Notes under the pieces: model-generated
Seen by the model: only the letters and a program-made list of their open reading frames with translations
What the model was told of the DNA's origin: nothing
The model's database searches: none
In this document: positions 9,101 through 17,367 of the stretch, in pieces
Layout: each line of letters starts with the position of its first letter
Numbering within the stretch: the first letter of the stretch is position 1
Program-made: the position numbers and the translations under genes
Assembly: GCA_045863235.1 (NCBI GenBank)
Contig: BTUM01000044.1
Span: 1 to 64,000, forward strand
Origin: Candidatus Xenobia bacterium
GTDB lineage: Bacteria > Vulcanimicrobiota > Xenobia > Xenobiales > QWHO01
Direction: 5' to 3'
DNA length: 64,000 nt

Positions 9101-12100
9101 CCGCCATCGAAGCCAGGCTGCCGAGCGAGTGGCAGGGCAGCCTGTCGAAGGAGTGGGCCGCCCGAGGCCTGGTCTTCGGGCCCACTTTCGACGCCATCCA
9201 GGGAGGCCGACGCGGCCCCCGGGAAGCTCTGGCCCGGGTGCGCGGAGCTGCCCTCCTGCCTGCCGCAGACGGGCTCTCGTTCACCCATCCTGGCACCATC
9301 GACTCCTGCTTCCAGGTCGGCCTGGCCGCGCTCGACGCGGGGCTTATGGGCGAGGGCACCAACTGGCTTCCGGTGGCCGCCCGACGGGTGCGCGTGCTGC
9401 GCCCCCTCGAGGAGGAGGTGGTGGCCTTCATGCGCTGCACCCACCAGACGGCGCGCGAGCTGGAAGGAGATCTGACGGTGTGCAACCGGCAGGGCGAGGT
9501 GCTGTTCGATCTGCAGGGTTACCGCCTGGTGCGTGCGGCTGAGAGCGCGGGCGATGCCGTGGATGCTCTGTGCTACGCTCTCCACTGGGTTCCCACCGAG
9601 CTTGCGCCCACGGAGAGCTCGCCCTCGGCCGGAGGTCGCTGGCTGGTCTTCAGCGATGGCTCGAGCCTGGCCTCGGACCTGGTGGCTCGCCTTGCGGCCG
9701 ACGGATACTCGACCCAGGTCGTTCAGCCGGGCCAGAGCTTCGACATGCGTGAGGCCGGCCAGCTGGTCGGTTGCCTGCACCTTTCGGCCCTTTCGGCCAC
9801 CCTGGAGGACCCGGCCGGTCCTTTGATGCCGCTTTTGGAGATGGTGCAGCAGATCGACAGGCACCGATTGATGCCACCGCGCCTCTTCTCGGTGACCAGG
9901 CGGTGCCAGCCGGCGGGCGGCCTGGCGGTCGAGCCGCAGGGCTCTCCGGTCTGGGGACTGGTGCGCGTGCTGGCCACCGAGGACCCGGGTCTGCGGGCCA
10001 CCCTGATCGACATCCAGGACGACAGCGACGCCGAGCGAGTGCATCGCGAGCTCTTCTGCAAGCAGGCCGAGGAGGTCGCCTATCGCGACGGGGTGCGATA
10101 CGTGCAGCGTTGCCAGAGGTTCCCGCTGTCGCAGCAACCGCCCGTCCCGGTGCCTCCCCGGCCCGATCAAGGCTACGCGCTCACCTGCGAGCGACCGGGC
10201 ACGCTGGAGGCCCTGGAGTGGACCGTGCCGGCCTCCCGCGAGCCGGGCCCTGACGAGGTGCGCGTGCAGGTGGGCGCCGCCGGACTCAATTTTAGCGACG
10301 TGATGCGGGCGCTGGGTCTTTATCCCACTGAGGGCGTGCTGGGCATCGAGATGGCTGGCACCGTGAGCGAGGTGGGCTCCCAGGTCACAGGCCTGAAACC
10401 GGGCGATCGCGTGATGGGCATCGCTCCCTCCGCCTTTGCCTCCCAGGTCGTCGTGCCGCGCTCGTTTCTGGTCGCCACGCCCGAGAGCTTGAGCGACACC
10501 CAGGCGGCTGCCATGCCGCTGGTCTTCGTCACCGCTTACTACGCTCTGGTCACGGTCGGTCGACTCAAAGCGCAGGACACCATCTTGATCCACGCCGCCT
10601 CCGGCGGTCTGGGTCTGGCGGCCATTCAGATCGCGCGCAAGGTCGGGGCGCGGGTTCTGGCCACGGCCGGAACCCCTGAGAAGGTCCGCTTCCTGCACGA
10701 GCTCGGCATCGAGCACGTCTTCGACTCGCGCTCCACCTCCTTTGTGGACGGGGTTCTGGGTGTCACCGACGGACAGGGAGTGGACGTGGTGCTCAACAGC
10801 CTGGCGGGAGAGGCCCTCACCGCAGGCCTGACCCTCCTGCGTCGCTTTGGTCGCTTTCTGGATGTGACCAAGCGCGACATCTACAGCGATCTGCGGGTAG
10901 GGCTGAGCCCGTTCCGCCGGGGACTGTCCTACCACGCCATCGATCTCGAGCAGGTGATCAACTTCGATCAGGACACCGTTCAAGAGCTCTTGCAGATCCT
11001 GGTCTCAGACATCGGGGCCGGCAAGGTCACGGCTCTTCCTCTCCAGACGTTTTCCTACAACCAGGCGATCGAGGCCTTCCGCTGTCTGAGCATGGCCCGC
11101 CACATCGGCAAGGTGGTGCTGGTGGCCGAAACCCCGGAACGGGTGCAGCCCCACTGGAAACCGGGGGCGCAGGACACCTACGTGGTCACCGGCGGCATGG
11201 GCGGCTTTGGTCGCGAGGTGGTGCTCTGGCTGCTGCGCCACGGTGCCGGCCGGGTGGCCGTGCTGTCGCGCACCCCGCAAGCTCACAGCGGCTTTGACGA
11301 CCCTCGTGTCGAGGCATACGCGGTGGATGTTGGAGACCCGACAGCCGTGACCGAGCTGTTTGAGAAGCTGGGGGTGGTCCGGGGGGTCGTGCACGCCGCC
11401 ATGCAGCTCGATGACGTGCCCACCCTCAACCTCACGCGCGAGCGCCTGGAAGGGGTCTTCCAGGCCAAGATCCACGGAACCTGGAACCTGCACCAGGCCA
11501 CTGTGAAGCAACCGCTGGATTTCTTCATCATGTTCTCCTCCAACGCCGCCTGGTTCGGGGCTGCCGGGCAGGGCAACTATGCGGCCTCCAACACCTTCCT
11601 TGATAGCCTGGCCTTTCATCGACGGTCCCTCGGATTGCCCGCCCTCACGGTCAACTGGGGTCCCCTGGGGGACGTGGGCTACCTGGCTCGCAACCCGATG
11701 GTGGCTGCCTGGCTCGAACAGGGGGGAAGCAAGATGATGACTTCGGCCCAGGCGCTGCAGGGGTTGGAGAAGGCCTTGCGGGTCAATCCCACCCAGGTCG
11801 GCATCATGAACGCCGACTGGACGCTCTTGCTCAAGGCGATGGGAGGCAAACCGGTGCCTCGCTTCGAGGCGCTTCTGACCAGCATTCGCGGGGGGGACGA
11901 GAGCGGGTTGCAACACCTCGAGCACCTGGACTCAGGCGAGCGCCGGACGGCTCTTCACCCGGTGGTGATGGCCCAGGTGGCTCGCGTGCTGGGCACGCAG
12001 CCGCAAAAGATCGACGCCAGCCAGTCTCTGGTGGATCTGGGCCTGGACTCGTTGATGTCGCTGCAGCTTCGCAACTGGGTCAAGAGCACGCTGAACGTGA

Positions 12101-12270
12101 CCCTGCCCTCCAGCGCACTGCTCGAGCAGCCCTCCATCGAGAAGCTCATCGCCTTGCTGTCGGATTCGATGCAACCTCAGGCCGAAGCGAGCGACCAGGA
12201 GCTCGAGCATCTGGAGGACGACGAGGTCGAAGCCATGCTTGCCGCCATGCTCGACGACAGCCCCGTATGA
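6154..12270 (+). CDS. Single-module reducing type I polyketide synthase KS-AT-DH-ER-KR-ACP
   Basis: KS DTACSSS/EAHGTGT/NIGHLE; AT GHSVG + YAFHS; DH LKDH..HPGTIDSCFQ; ER LIHAASGGLG; KR TGGMGGFG, LDD, YAASN; ACP LGLDSL. Start 6154 chosen from RBS spacing (alternative 6139). Confidence 0.95.
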   Translation: MQLSTAPVVAEWTPIAVTGIGCRFPGNVHDVEAFWALLMDGVDAVSDIPTERWLKARFHHPDKGKDYRTPQGQGGFLKQIDGFDPAFFGISPREASTLDPQQRMLLEVAWEALEDAGYPLEKVAGTRMGVFTGASSHDYYDIQDLDSLTTHSVTGWAMCMTSNRISYAFDLHGPSLTVDTACSSSLVAIHAAVTSIQRGESDTALACAVNAMLHPIHHVAFSRLSMLSPTSRCHAFDASGDGYVRSEGAGVVVLKPLARALADGDHIYATILRTVVNSDGRNEGLTFPSVEGQIRLLQDAYQGLPIERVRYIEAHGTGTAAGDPVETRAIGTVLGLAERPVKVGSVKTNIGHLEAGAGMAGLIKTCLIASRRKIPANLHFHEPNPNIPFQALGLEIPTAASDLPEGEVLMGVNSFGFGGTNGHVVLATPPLPGGKERPPASHEPHLLCLSARSEGALKDLLVSYQAIQGPSLRELAYSSLMRRTHHPYRAAVVVEQDLADLEKAVVHPAVRQTPRVAFVYNGQGSQWLGMGRTLLSDPTFSAFVDECEPHYKSLAGWSLREAFEQDSTSIDKTAVVQPMLFALQAGLTRMLAAWGVEPEVVIGHSVGEVASAWASGALELADAIHLVVHRGRLMDRESSKGRMISVSASAQEVSRFLQPGVCVGAVNAPGTVVLSGEHRAMEEVNQRLRDAGFDCTDVKVEYAFHSAQLDVIEDELKAALQALSPRQPARTLLSTVTGGPVDKTDAAYWWQNVRSTVRFADAVARAVSDGVTLFLEVGGHPVLGPSISESGGRAVATLRRHQPERRAFLQALGELYCLGQSLQWGDGAAPDWVALPHYPWQHERYWQESRRVHRFRLEPTQYAMLGFQAEPNVFNQLLTSQDPSWLKDHQFHSQIILSASSMMEMGFEAAHARQGSLPLVLDNVHIDSACFINSQMLLQTIVNEDGTLAIHAEAIDGSEKRTVIFRAHICSDPGGIPANLDVAAIEARLPSEWQGSLSKEWAARGLVFGPTFDAIQGGRRGPREALARVRGAALLPAADGLSFTHPGTIDSCFQVGLAALDAGLMGEGTNWLPVAARRVRVLRPLEEEVVAFMRCTHQTARELEGDLTVCNRQGEVLFDLQGYRLVRAAESAGDAVDALCYALHWVPTELAPTESSPSAGGRWLVFSDGSSLASDLVARLAADGYSTQVVQPGQSFDMREAGQLVGCLHLSALSATLEDPAGPLMPLLEMVQQIDRHRLMPPRLFSVTRRCQPAGGLAVEPQGSPVWGLVRVLATEDPGLRATLIDIQDDSDAERVHRELFCKQAEEVAYRDGVRYVQRCQRFPLSQQPPVPVPPRPDQGYALTCERPGTLEALEWTVPASREPGPDEVRVQVGAAGLNFSDVMRALGLYPTEGVLGIEMAGTVSEVGSQVTGLKPGDRVMGIAPSAFASQVVVPRSFLVATPESLSDTQAAAMPLVFVTAYYALVTVGRLKAQDTILIHAASGGLGLAAIQIARKVGARVLATAGTPEKVRFLHELGIEHVFDSRSTSFVDGVLGVTDGQGVDVVLNSLAGEALTAGLTLLRRFGRFLDVTKRDIYSDLRVGLSPFRRGLSYHAIDLEQVINFDQDTVQELLQILVSDIGAGKVTALPLQTFSYNQAIEAFRCLSMARHIGKVVLVAETPERVQPHWKPGAQDTYVVTGGMGGFGREVVLWLLRHGAGRVAVLSRTPQAHSGFDDPRVEAYAVDVGDPTAVTELFEKLGVVRGVVHAAMQLDDVPTLNLTRERLEGVFQAKIHGTWNLHQATVKQPLDFFIMFSSNAAWFGAAGQGNYAASNTFLDSLAFHRRSLGLPALTVNWGPLGDVGYLARNPMVAAWLEQGGSKMMTSAQALQGLEKALRVNPTQVGIMNADWTLLLKAMGGKPVPRFEALLTSIRGGDESGLQHLEHLDSGERRTALHPVVMAQVARVLGTQPQKIDASQSLVDLGLDSLMSLQLRNWVKSTLNVTLPSSALLEQPSIEKLIALLSDSMQPQAEASDQELEHLEDDEVEAMLAAMLDDSPV

Positions 12271-13673
12271 CGCAATCGCTCACCCCGGAGCAAAAACGGG
12301 CCATGTTGGCCCGCCTGCTCAAGCAGCAGCCGGCCGTGTGCAAGACCGCCTTCATCCTGCAGGGCCTGTTCCTCGATTGCATGATGAGCCCGGGTCCGGT
12401 CTGGAACATGCGCTCCACCATCCGGTTCTTTCGCAAGGTCGACCCGGAGCTTCTGCGCAGCCGGATGCAGCGCATCATCGATCGCCATCCGGCTCTGCGC
12501 ACCACCTACGAGGTTCCTCCCGAGCACCAGCTGGATTACCAGGCCAGGATGTTGACCATCCAGCTTGACACCATGAAGCTGTATGAGCTCAACCTCCAGG
12601 CTCGGGTCGAGCAACGGGTGCATCCCTCGCACACCCTGGAGCTCACCGTCGTGGACGCCAGCAAGTGGACGGCTCAGGAGCTGCGCGAGCGCCTGCTGGC
12701 CGACGCCCTGGAGGGCTACGACCTGACCCGCCTGCCGGTCTGTCGGCTGCGCCTGTACCGACGCGAGCAAGACGACGTGATGCAGTTCGACGTACACCAT
12801 TGCGCCGCCGATCTCTGGAGCCTGGAGATCATCATGGCCGAGTTGGAGGAGCCCCGCGAGGGGCCGCCTCCCCCGAGCTTTCCCGAGTTCTGCGCCTGGC
12901 AGCACGCCTGGTTCGCCCTGCCCAAAGCCCGCGAGATGCGTCAGTGGTGGGAAAACGAGCTGCAGGGTTGTCCGGGCCTGGCATTTCCTCACTCCGTCGC
13001 CGATGACATCGCCGATTTCGTTCTCTTTCGACTCGATTGCGAGGTGCTGGCTCGGGCCCGCCAGACCTGCCGGACCCACAAGATCACCCTGTTCAACCTG
13101 TTTTTGTCGACCCTGCAGGTCACCATGGGCCGCTCGCTTGGGATCGACGACTTCCCCATCGGGGGAGCCGTGGCCAACCGACCTCACCAGCGTTTTGACG
13201 ACACCGTCGGATTCTTCGCCCAGCTGGTCTTGTACCGTCGCGATCTGCGACAGGTGCGAACCTGGGAGGAGCTCTGGGCGAAAAATCGTGTGACCATCAG
13301 CGAGGTTCTGGACCGGCAGTTCTACCCGGTCACGACGACGATGGACACTCCTCGCACCGATGTCTGGATCATGTTCCAGCAGTACCAGAAGGCGCGCTGG
13401 CTGGAGGGCGAAGCGGCTCCCAGGGGCGAGCCACTCGGACTGCGCTCGGGCGGGGTGGTGGATAGCCCTCTGGGGCCCTGGGAGTTTCTCTTCGTCGAGC
13501 CGCCCTACCACTCGTCTCCCGTGATGCTGGAGATCATCGAGCAAAACGACGGCTTCCAGGGATTGTTTCGCTATCGCACCACCTGTTTCTCGAGGAAGAA
13601 GGCCGAGTTCTACGTGCAAGACTTCCAGGCCCGGCTGCTCGCCTCACTGGCCGACCCGAGCGCGTCTATCTGA
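12267..13673 (+). CDS. Stand-alone condensation-domain / PapA-like acyltransferase
   Basis: RHPALRTTY, HHCAADLWS (HHxxxD), VANR..VGFF; ATGA overlap with PKS stop. Confidence 0.9.
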   Translation: MTQSLTPEQKRAMLARLLKQQPAVCKTAFILQGLFLDCMMSPGPVWNMRSTIRFFRKVDPELLRSRMQRIIDRHPALRTTYEVPPEHQLDYQARMLTIQLDTMKLYELNLQARVEQRVHPSHTLELTVVDASKWTAQELRERLLADALEGYDLTRLPVCRLRLYRREQDDVMQFDVHHCAADLWSLEIIMAELEEPREGPPPPSFPEFCAWQHAWFALPKAREMRQWWENELQGCPGLAFPHSVADDIADFVLFRLDCEVLARARQTCRTHKITLFNLFLSTLQVTMGRSLGIDDFPIGGAVANRPHQRFDDTVGFFAQLVLYRRDLRQVRTWEELWAKNRVTISEVLDRQFYPVTTTMDTPRTDVWIMFQQYQKARWLEGEAAPRGEPLGLRSGGVVDSPLGPWEFLFVEPPYHSSPVMLEIIEQNDGFQGLFRYRTTCFSRKKAEFYVQDFQARLLASLADPSASI

Positions 13674-14472
13674 GGTCGAAACGGAGCGTGCAGTAACCCA
13701 GGCCGCCCAGGTCCATGATGAGCTGAGACTCCTTCAGCACCGCCTCCGCCTCGGGATAGTGTCGACCCAGAAGCTGTCCGAACCAGTGGTAGGTGGGCCG
13801 CACGTGCCGGCTGATGTCGTGGGCGTGGGTCAGCACCAGTCCGACCTCTTCGCCCAGCTCTCGATAGGCCTCGAGACCGATGGCCGTGTGCGAGCCCCAG
13901 AGCGGATCGTCGGCGGTGTCGAACTGGGCCGCAGGCGCTCCTTCCGGCTGCAAGAAGTCGGTCAGGGTCAGGTTGCCTCCCGGGCGCAGAATTTGGCCCA
14001 CATGCTCGAAGAACGCCCTGCGGCTCGGAAAATGGAAGATGCACTCGAGGGCCAGGACCCGATCGAACGAGCGGGGCGGAAACTCCATCCTGCAGGCATC
14101 CCCCAGCATGAAGTCGAGCTGGTTGCCGGGGCGGGGGGAGAGTCGGCCCCTGGCCACCTCGAGCTGGCGCTCGTCGATGTTCAGACCGGTCAGACGCACC
14201 GATGAAAACTGCTCATCGAGGGTGGCCAGCGTGCCCCCGAAACCGCAGCCAACGTCCAGGATGTCCTGCCCATCCCGGATGTCCGCCAGCTTGATCAGGT
14301 GCAGGCAGAGCCGATCCATGGCCTTGATGCTATCGGCCCGGTCGAGGTAGGCGTTGTCGGGATCTTCCCAGGCGCCAAAGTGGACGTGGCGTCGGAAGGC
14401 CTCTTCGAAGTCCGGGTCGCCCTGCGCGAGCCGGGCCAGGATCATGTCGAAGTAGGGGAGCTTAACGTGCAA
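13666..14472 (-). CDS. Class I SAM methyltransferase (sterol/tocopherol/EryG-like small-molecule MT)
   Basis: HVHFGAW, ILDVGCGFGG, SFDRVLALECIFHF, LRPGG; TTG start uncertain. Confidence 0.88.
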   Translation of the reverse strand: MHVKLPYFDMILARLAQGDPDFEEAFRRHVHFGAWEDPDNAYLDRADSIKAMDRLCLHLIKLADIRDGQDILDVGCGFGGTLATLDEQFSSVRLTGLNIDERQLEVARGRLSPRPGNQLDFMLGDACRMEFPPRSFDRVLALECIFHFPSRRAFFEHVGQILRPGGNLTLTDFLQPEGAPAAQFDTADDPLWGSHTAIGLEAYRELGEEVGLVLTHAHDISRHVRPTYHWFGQLLGRHYPEAEAVLKESQLIMDLGGLGYCTLRFDLR

Positions 14473-14514
14473 TGCCAGAGCCGCGCACTTACGACGCGTT
14501 CGTCAGACCGTGCT
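14467..14514 (-). repeat. Degenerate inverted copy of repeat family B
   Basis: Reverse complement AGCACGGTCTGACGAACGCG..GTAAGTGCGCGGCTCTGGCATTGCAC shares TCTGACGAACGCG and the GTGC..CTCTGG..TTGCAC hairpin. Confidence 0.65.
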
Positions 14515-14529
14515 GAATGGGTGAGCCCA

Positions 14530-15114
14530 TCAATCAGAATCCGCTTGCGCAGCCTTCTGAGCTCTCACGGCCTTCTCGTCCTGCTCACGCTGCAAGATGG
14601 CCGCTCTCTCCGCATCCGCCTTCTTCTTGATCTCGTTGGAGGCGTTCAAAGAGGCGACCGCGATCTTCAGCCCGGCTTCCAGATCGCCGACGGCCTTACT
14701 CTCGGGGTAAGTGAGCATCAGGGCCAGGCCCTTCTTCAGGTTATGCAGCTCAACTTCCAGGGCCGACACGATGGAGTTCTGGTAGTCGGTCAGCTTGCCC
14801 GGAAGGTCGTTCTTGACGGCCGGAATGGCGTAGATCTTGAGGGCGTTGTCGGCGATTGCGTCCAGTTTCCCGATGCCCTCGATGAACTCTTCCACAGTGA
14901 TCTCGCCGCTCTGGACAGTGCGAGCTGCGGCGTGCAGCAACACGACGTAGGGTAACTCTCCGTTGTCGCTCTCCGCCCCCGCGCTCGAGCCGGACAGCCC
15001 GCCGCTGCTGACGACATCGATGCCGGACGGGTCCTCCTCGTCCCCTGCTTCGGAGATTGCTCCCTGGAGCGCTCCGCTCCAATCGGCTGCTTTGTCTTCA
15101 CCTTCTGAGCTCAT
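14530..15114 (-). CDS. Hypothetical helical-bundle protein with acidic disordered N-terminus (194 aa)
   Basis: GGAGGT RBS before ATG 15114; similar to the 57521-57901 protein. Confidence 0.8.
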   Translation of the reverse strand: MSSEGEDKAADWSGALQGAISEAGDEEDPSGIDVVSSGGLSGSSAGAESDNGELPYVVLLHAAARTVQSGEITVEEFIEGIGKLDAIADNALKIYAIPAVKNDLPGKLTDYQNSIVSALEVELHNLKKGLALMLTYPESKAVGDLEAGLKIAVASLNASNEIKKKADAERAAILQREQDEKAVRAQKAAQADSD

Positions 15115-15133
15115 TTTAACCTCCAGAAAATTC

Positions 15134-15161
15134 AAAAACCCGACCTGTGAGGCCGAGTTTT
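15134..15161 (-). terminator. Intrinsic terminator after the small peptide gene
   Basis: Minus strand AAAACTCGGCCT-CAC-AGGTCGGGTTTTT hairpin with U tract. Confidence 0.7.
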
Positions 15162-15182
15162 AGATACAAGTGTTTTCAGGAA

Positions 15183-15323
15183 CTACTTGCCGGCAATAGC
15201 GCCGGTCACGGCTTCCACGATCTTCGAGATGAGCTCCATCGCTCCCCCGCCAGCGCCACCTTTGCCGCCGCCCTTGCCGCCGCCGGCGACCGCACCAATG
15301 ATTCCACCAATCGCATTACCCAT
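15183..15323 (-). CDS. 46-aa Gly/Lys-rich amphipathic peptide
   Basis: MGNAIGGIIGAVAGGGKGGGKGGAGGGAMELISKIVEAVTGAIAGK*; GGAGG RBS 9 nt upstream, TGaGATAAT extended -10 near 15359-15367, terminator downstream. Below the ORF-track size cut-off. Confidence 0.85.
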   Translation of the reverse strand: MGNAIGGIIGAVAGGGKGGGKGGAGGGAMELISKIVEAVTGAIAGK

Positions 15324-15393
15324 GATTTGTGTCCTCCAGTGTAGTTTGACTTGGGGAAATTATCTCACACGGAGAGGGTGCATGGGAAGAGTT

Positions 15394-16371
15394 TCACATT
15401 CTTTTAACATCCCCGAGAGGCGCTTGGGATCGGCAGTCCAGGGCGAAGCGGATGGACTCGACCAGGTAGCCCATCTGCGCGTGCCAGCTGGCGATCACGC
15501 GGGTGCCCAGGCTTCCGTCCCCATACAGAATCGAGCCCTCCTGTCCGGCCAGGGTTTCGGCAAAACCAATGAGGTAGAGGGACAATCCCCGACCGGCGAA
15601 GGCAGGAGCGACGGCCACGTCGTACACGTAGAAGCTCTTGACCGTCCCCAGGACCTGGCCTTCGTGGAGGATGAGATAGCCGGCCGGGACACCCGAGGCT
15701 ACCTCCTCGAGGATGAAGTAGAGAGAGCCGCTCGAACTGGTGAGATCGAATCCGGCATAGAGCAGTTGATAGCGGAACTCGACCGTCTGAAGGTCGACAT
15801 CTCGACCGGCCGGCAGGTAGGCGGCCGGATGCGCCGCGTGCACCTCGAGAATGAAGGAGAGATCCTCGGGACGAGCCTTGCGAATGCGGTAATCGGGCGA
15901 GGACGCTCCCCGGTGTCCCCGCGGAAAGCGTCTGGCGGCACGGTTTTGCTCGGCTCGAAAGCCGCAGCGATAGAACCAGAGCTGCAGGCGCTTGTCAGCC
16001 GGGGGCAGCTCACTCACCAGGTATTCGTTCTCGAAGGCCGTCACGGTCTTTCGGGCCCGGGCCACCAGGGCTGAGAGCCCCTCGAAGCTGAACACGGCAA
16101 AGTCCAGGATCAGCGCCTGCAACTGGTGGGTCACCCCGTGCTCATCATCGAGGACGAACAAGAGGTACCCGCGTGGCTTGTCTTCCTCGACCAGCACCAG
16201 CAGCCGCCAATCGGTGAGCTCCTCGGGGCGCGTGAGATACTGGCTCAAGCGCTCGAGGGCCTGCTGAAAGTAGCTCTCTTCGTCGTAGAAGACCGAACCG
16301 GGATAGCCCATCGCCAGTTTCAAGCGCTCGAGCTCGGGCAAGTCCTCCGGGCGGGCCTTGCGAACCTGCAT
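15394..16371 (-). CDS. Tandem (double) GNAT-fold acyltransferase
   Basis: RKARPEDL occurs twice (start of each GNAT domain); motif A VYDVAVAPAFAGRGLS. Confidence 0.85.
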   Translation of the reverse strand: MQVRKARPEDLPELERLKLAMGYPGSVFYDEESYFQQALERLSQYLTRPEELTDWRLLVLVEEDKPRGYLLFVLDDEHGVTHQLQALILDFAVFSFEGLSALVARARKTVTAFENEYLVSELPPADKRLQLWFYRCGFRAEQNRAARRFPRGHRGASSPDYRIRKARPEDLSFILEVHAAHPAAYLPAGRDVDLQTVEFRYQLLYAGFDLTSSSGSLYFILEEVASGVPAGYLILHEGQVLGTVKSFYVYDVAVAPAFAGRGLSLYLIGFAETLAGQEGSILYGDGSLGTRVIASWHAQMGYLVESIRFALDCRSQAPLGDVKRM

Positions 16372-16373
16372 CT

Positions 16374-17273
16374 TCAGTGCAACCTGCGGCCAAAACGCTG
16401 GCTGTCCACGGAGAAGCCCAGGGCGTGACGGGCGAATTTGAGCGCGCGCAGGTTGCAGGCGCTGACATCACCTGCCAGCAGCGGGACGCCTCTTTGAAAA
16501 AGCAGCTGCGAGCCAGCTCGCATGATGTGGCGCACCGCCGTTCCGCCCCAATGCTCCCGGGCCACGGCCAGGTCATAGATGTAGCCGGTCTGGCCCATGA
16601 GCTCGAGGAGAAGGTGGCCGACCAGCTCCTGGCCCCGGGTCAGGACCAGGGCCGCGCACTCGGCGTCCTGTCGGCCCAGTTGATGAAAAATCGCCTCCAT
16701 CGAGCGGAACGTCAGCTCGCTGAGGTCGTAGTCGCGTTCAGCGCACAGGGTGTGCTCGAGCATCATCGAGTTGAGAACGGCGATCGAGAAGTGGTCTTGC
16801 GCCTCGGCCAGACGAACCGAGTAAGGACTTCCTTCGGGAGGGCGGCAATCGGCCGTTGCGACAGAGATTCGATGGCTTTCCAATCGGTATCCCAGGCCTT
16901 CGAGCATTTCTCGCTGGTGGCTGTCCTCGGGAGTGATCTCGATGGTGAGAAACTGCGAAGCATAGCCCCGCGCCGCGTCTGCCGCGCACTCGAGGAGGCT
17001 CCTTTGCTCCGGCAAATGCCGGGCGAAGAGGTCACAGATGACAGACTCGCGGTCGCCGGTGATGCCGCGGGTCAGACGCTTTTTCAGAACGAGGAAGCCG
17101 GTCGGACCTTGCGTTCCGTCGCAGACGTACAGGTCGTATTCGGACTGCCAGGTGTCATCCTCGCGCACGCGCTGGTAGAAAGCCTCGTTGCAGGGAGAAA
17201 TCTTCCTCTCGGTTAGCGCAAGGACGCCCTGAAGGTCGGTGGAGCTGGCCAGGCGGGGTTTGGGTTGGTCCAA
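16374..17273 (-). CDS. Tandem (double) GNAT-fold acyltransferase
   Basis: PRLASSTDL / VRLAEAQD domain starts; IYDLAVAREHWGG; NLRALKF..LGF; paralog of the downstream gene. Confidence 0.8.
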   Translation of the reverse strand: MDQPKPRLASSTDLQGVLALTERKISPCNEAFYQRVREDDTWQSEYDLYVCDGTQGPTGFLVLKKRLTRGITGDRESVICDLFARHLPEQRSLLECAADAARGYASQFLTIEITPEDSHQREMLEGLGYRLESHRISVATADCRPPEGSPYSVRLAEAQDHFSIAVLNSMMLEHTLCAERDYDLSELTFRSMEAIFHQLGRQDAECAALVLTRGQELVGHLLLELMGQTGYIYDLAVAREHWGGTAVRHIMRAGSQLLFQRGVPLLAGDVSACNLRALKFARHALGFSVDSQRFGRRLH

Positions 17274-17367
17274 CGTGCAGCAACGATTCTAGGAGCGCAG
17301 CCGGAACCCCCCTTGACAGGGTTTCCGGCTTGGACCTGTTTCCGGCGGCACGTTTCTTGCCTGGACG

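Noticed and set aside
4843..13619. Long antisense ORFs (1065, 935 and 480 aa) opposite the PKS cluster, and similar shadow ORFs elsewhere
   Set aside because: These are the expected stop-poor antisense frames of high-GC coding DNA and show no recognisable motifs.
15187..16074. Plus-strand Pro-rich ORF (PPPAPPLPPPLPPP)
   Set aside because: It is the antisense shadow of the Gly-rich peptide and the GNAT gene; RBS, promoter and terminator all support the minus strand.
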